From Candidatus Thorarchaeota archaeon (GTDB lineage: Archaea; Asgardarchaeota; Thorarchaeia; Thorarchaeales; Thorarchaeaceae), in assembly GCA_016839605.1 (NCBI GenBank), contig JAEOTX010000175.1, positions 1-14,442 on the forward strand: DNA of 14,442 bases, written 5' to 3'. The notes below the pieces were generated by a model. It worked only from the letters and a program-made list of their open reading frames with translations. It ran no database searches and was not told the origin of the DNA. Positions 13,581-14,442 of the stretch are shown in pieces; position 1 is the stretch's first letter, and each line of letters opens with the position of its first letter. Made by a program: the position numbers and the translations under genes.

Positions 13581-14270
13581 CTAGATTATATCTCGGAATT
13601 TATTCGTTGTGCGTCTGGATCCCAAAGCTGCAAGCCAATTGAAAAGGATACAGAAAATCTTTGGCGGGTACCCAACTTTTTTCAACTCGTATTTAACCAG
13701 GTCATCAAAAGATGAAATTGGCTCATTGCGGGTTACAATCCATTTCTCGAGTAGAATCAAATCATTACTTCCATCCCAATTAATTGATGGAATTTCGTTG
13801 AATGAAATGACATTCTCCTTAATGAGTCCTGAATACAGAGATTCATCAAATAGTGCTTCACAAGAAACCCATTCATTGTCAAGATAACATTCGCACCAAG
13901 CATGTCCAATTGGATCTGGAATGCGGTTGAATAAGAACTTGGGTACAAAGTGTCTGAGGATTTCTTTGTCTATTTGGGCATATTGCATTCTTGCGGGTAT
14001 GCCTACAGCTCGTAGGAAGGCTGAATGAAGATTGATTTTGTTGCAGTAGTCTACAGTGCCTTCCTCAATCGTTGTTGATGCCTTCTTGAAGATGTTAAGT
14101 GTTGAATTGAATAGAATTTCGTCTCTAACCCAATAGAATATCTTCAGAGCAGATTCTTTCTTATTTACGGAGTCATTGACTATTTCTTGTGCTTTCCTCT
14201 TCAGTGACTCATTATGACAATCGCAATATTCTGTTGAAACCAAGTATCTATCCACTGACTGGTTCATCAA
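13581..14270 (-). CDS. Transglutaminase-like superfamily protein (putative cysteine protease)
   Basis: IFYWVRDEI, catalytic Cys in DYCNKINLHSAFLRAVGIPAR, His in GHAWCECYL, then EWVSCEA. Start TTG 14270 or ATG 14267. Confidence 0.88.
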   Translation of the reverse strand: MMNQSVDRYLVSTEYCDCHNESLKRKAQEIVNDSVNKKESALKIFYWVRDEILFNSTLNIFKKASTTIEEGTVDYCNKINLHSAFLRAVGIPARMQYAQIDKEILRHFVPKFLFNRIPDPIGHAWCECYLDNEWVSCEALFDESLYSGLIKENVISFNEIPSINWDGSNDLILLEKWIVTRNEPISSFDDLVKYELKKVGYPPKIFCILFNWLAALGSRRTTNKFRDII

Positions 14271-14353
14271 ATCACTTTCTTTGAAAAAGCAATGACATCA
14301 AATAGTCATACTAATCTCCTCTTTAACCTGCTCATTAAACGGGTGAGATGACT

Positions 14354-14407
14354 CTGAAATTAGGTAAAGAAAGGCAATGGTGGATATTTGCTAAAAAGGT
14401 GGCTTAA
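14354..14407 (+). pseudogene. Direct repeat 3, right copy: orphan 3'-end remnant of the methyltransferase (LKLGKERQWWIFAKKVA*)
   Basis: 15/17 aa identical to the methyltransferase C-terminus with the stop in register. Seven of the 11 nucleotide differences are silent, including TGA/TAA. Confidence 0.88.
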
Positions 14408-14442
14408 TCCACAAAGCAGTTCATTCCGCTCACCTTCCTAAA

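Noticed and set aside
1-14442. tRNA, rRNA, integrase, integron attC sites or defence-system genes
   Set aside because: None recognisable by eye. A covariance-model or HMM search would be needed to exclude small RNAs formally.

Overview
An accessory, catabolism-rich window from what looks like an archaeon. The signals are GGTGA/GAGGAG ribosome-binding sites, TATA-like boxes, GTG/TTG starts and roughly 40-45% GC by spot counts; an Asgard/Thorarchaeota-like origin is plausible but cannot be proven here. It encodes two tandem MDR-family NAD(P)-dependent oxidoreductases, two DUF6326-like membrane proteins, three serine hydrolases (membrane-anchored alpha/beta hydrolase, tannase/feruloyl-esterase-like PKD protein, type-B carboxylesterase), several unknown membrane proteins, a GC-rich foreign-looking gene, a two-domain GNAT split at an A9 run, a class I methyltransferase and a transglutaminase-like protein. 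The most striking signal is structural. Three times in about 10 kb, a single cargo gene is bracketed by 54-121 bp direct repeats that are diverged copies of the ends of the neighbouring genes: 4611-4731/5926-6046, 8370-8443/9512-9585 and 13518-13571/14354-14407. No integrase or transposase is present. This looks like single-gene cassettes inserted by gene-end replacement. Other notable points are a candidate -1 frameshift site (A AAA AAT) and a likely ATT start codon.
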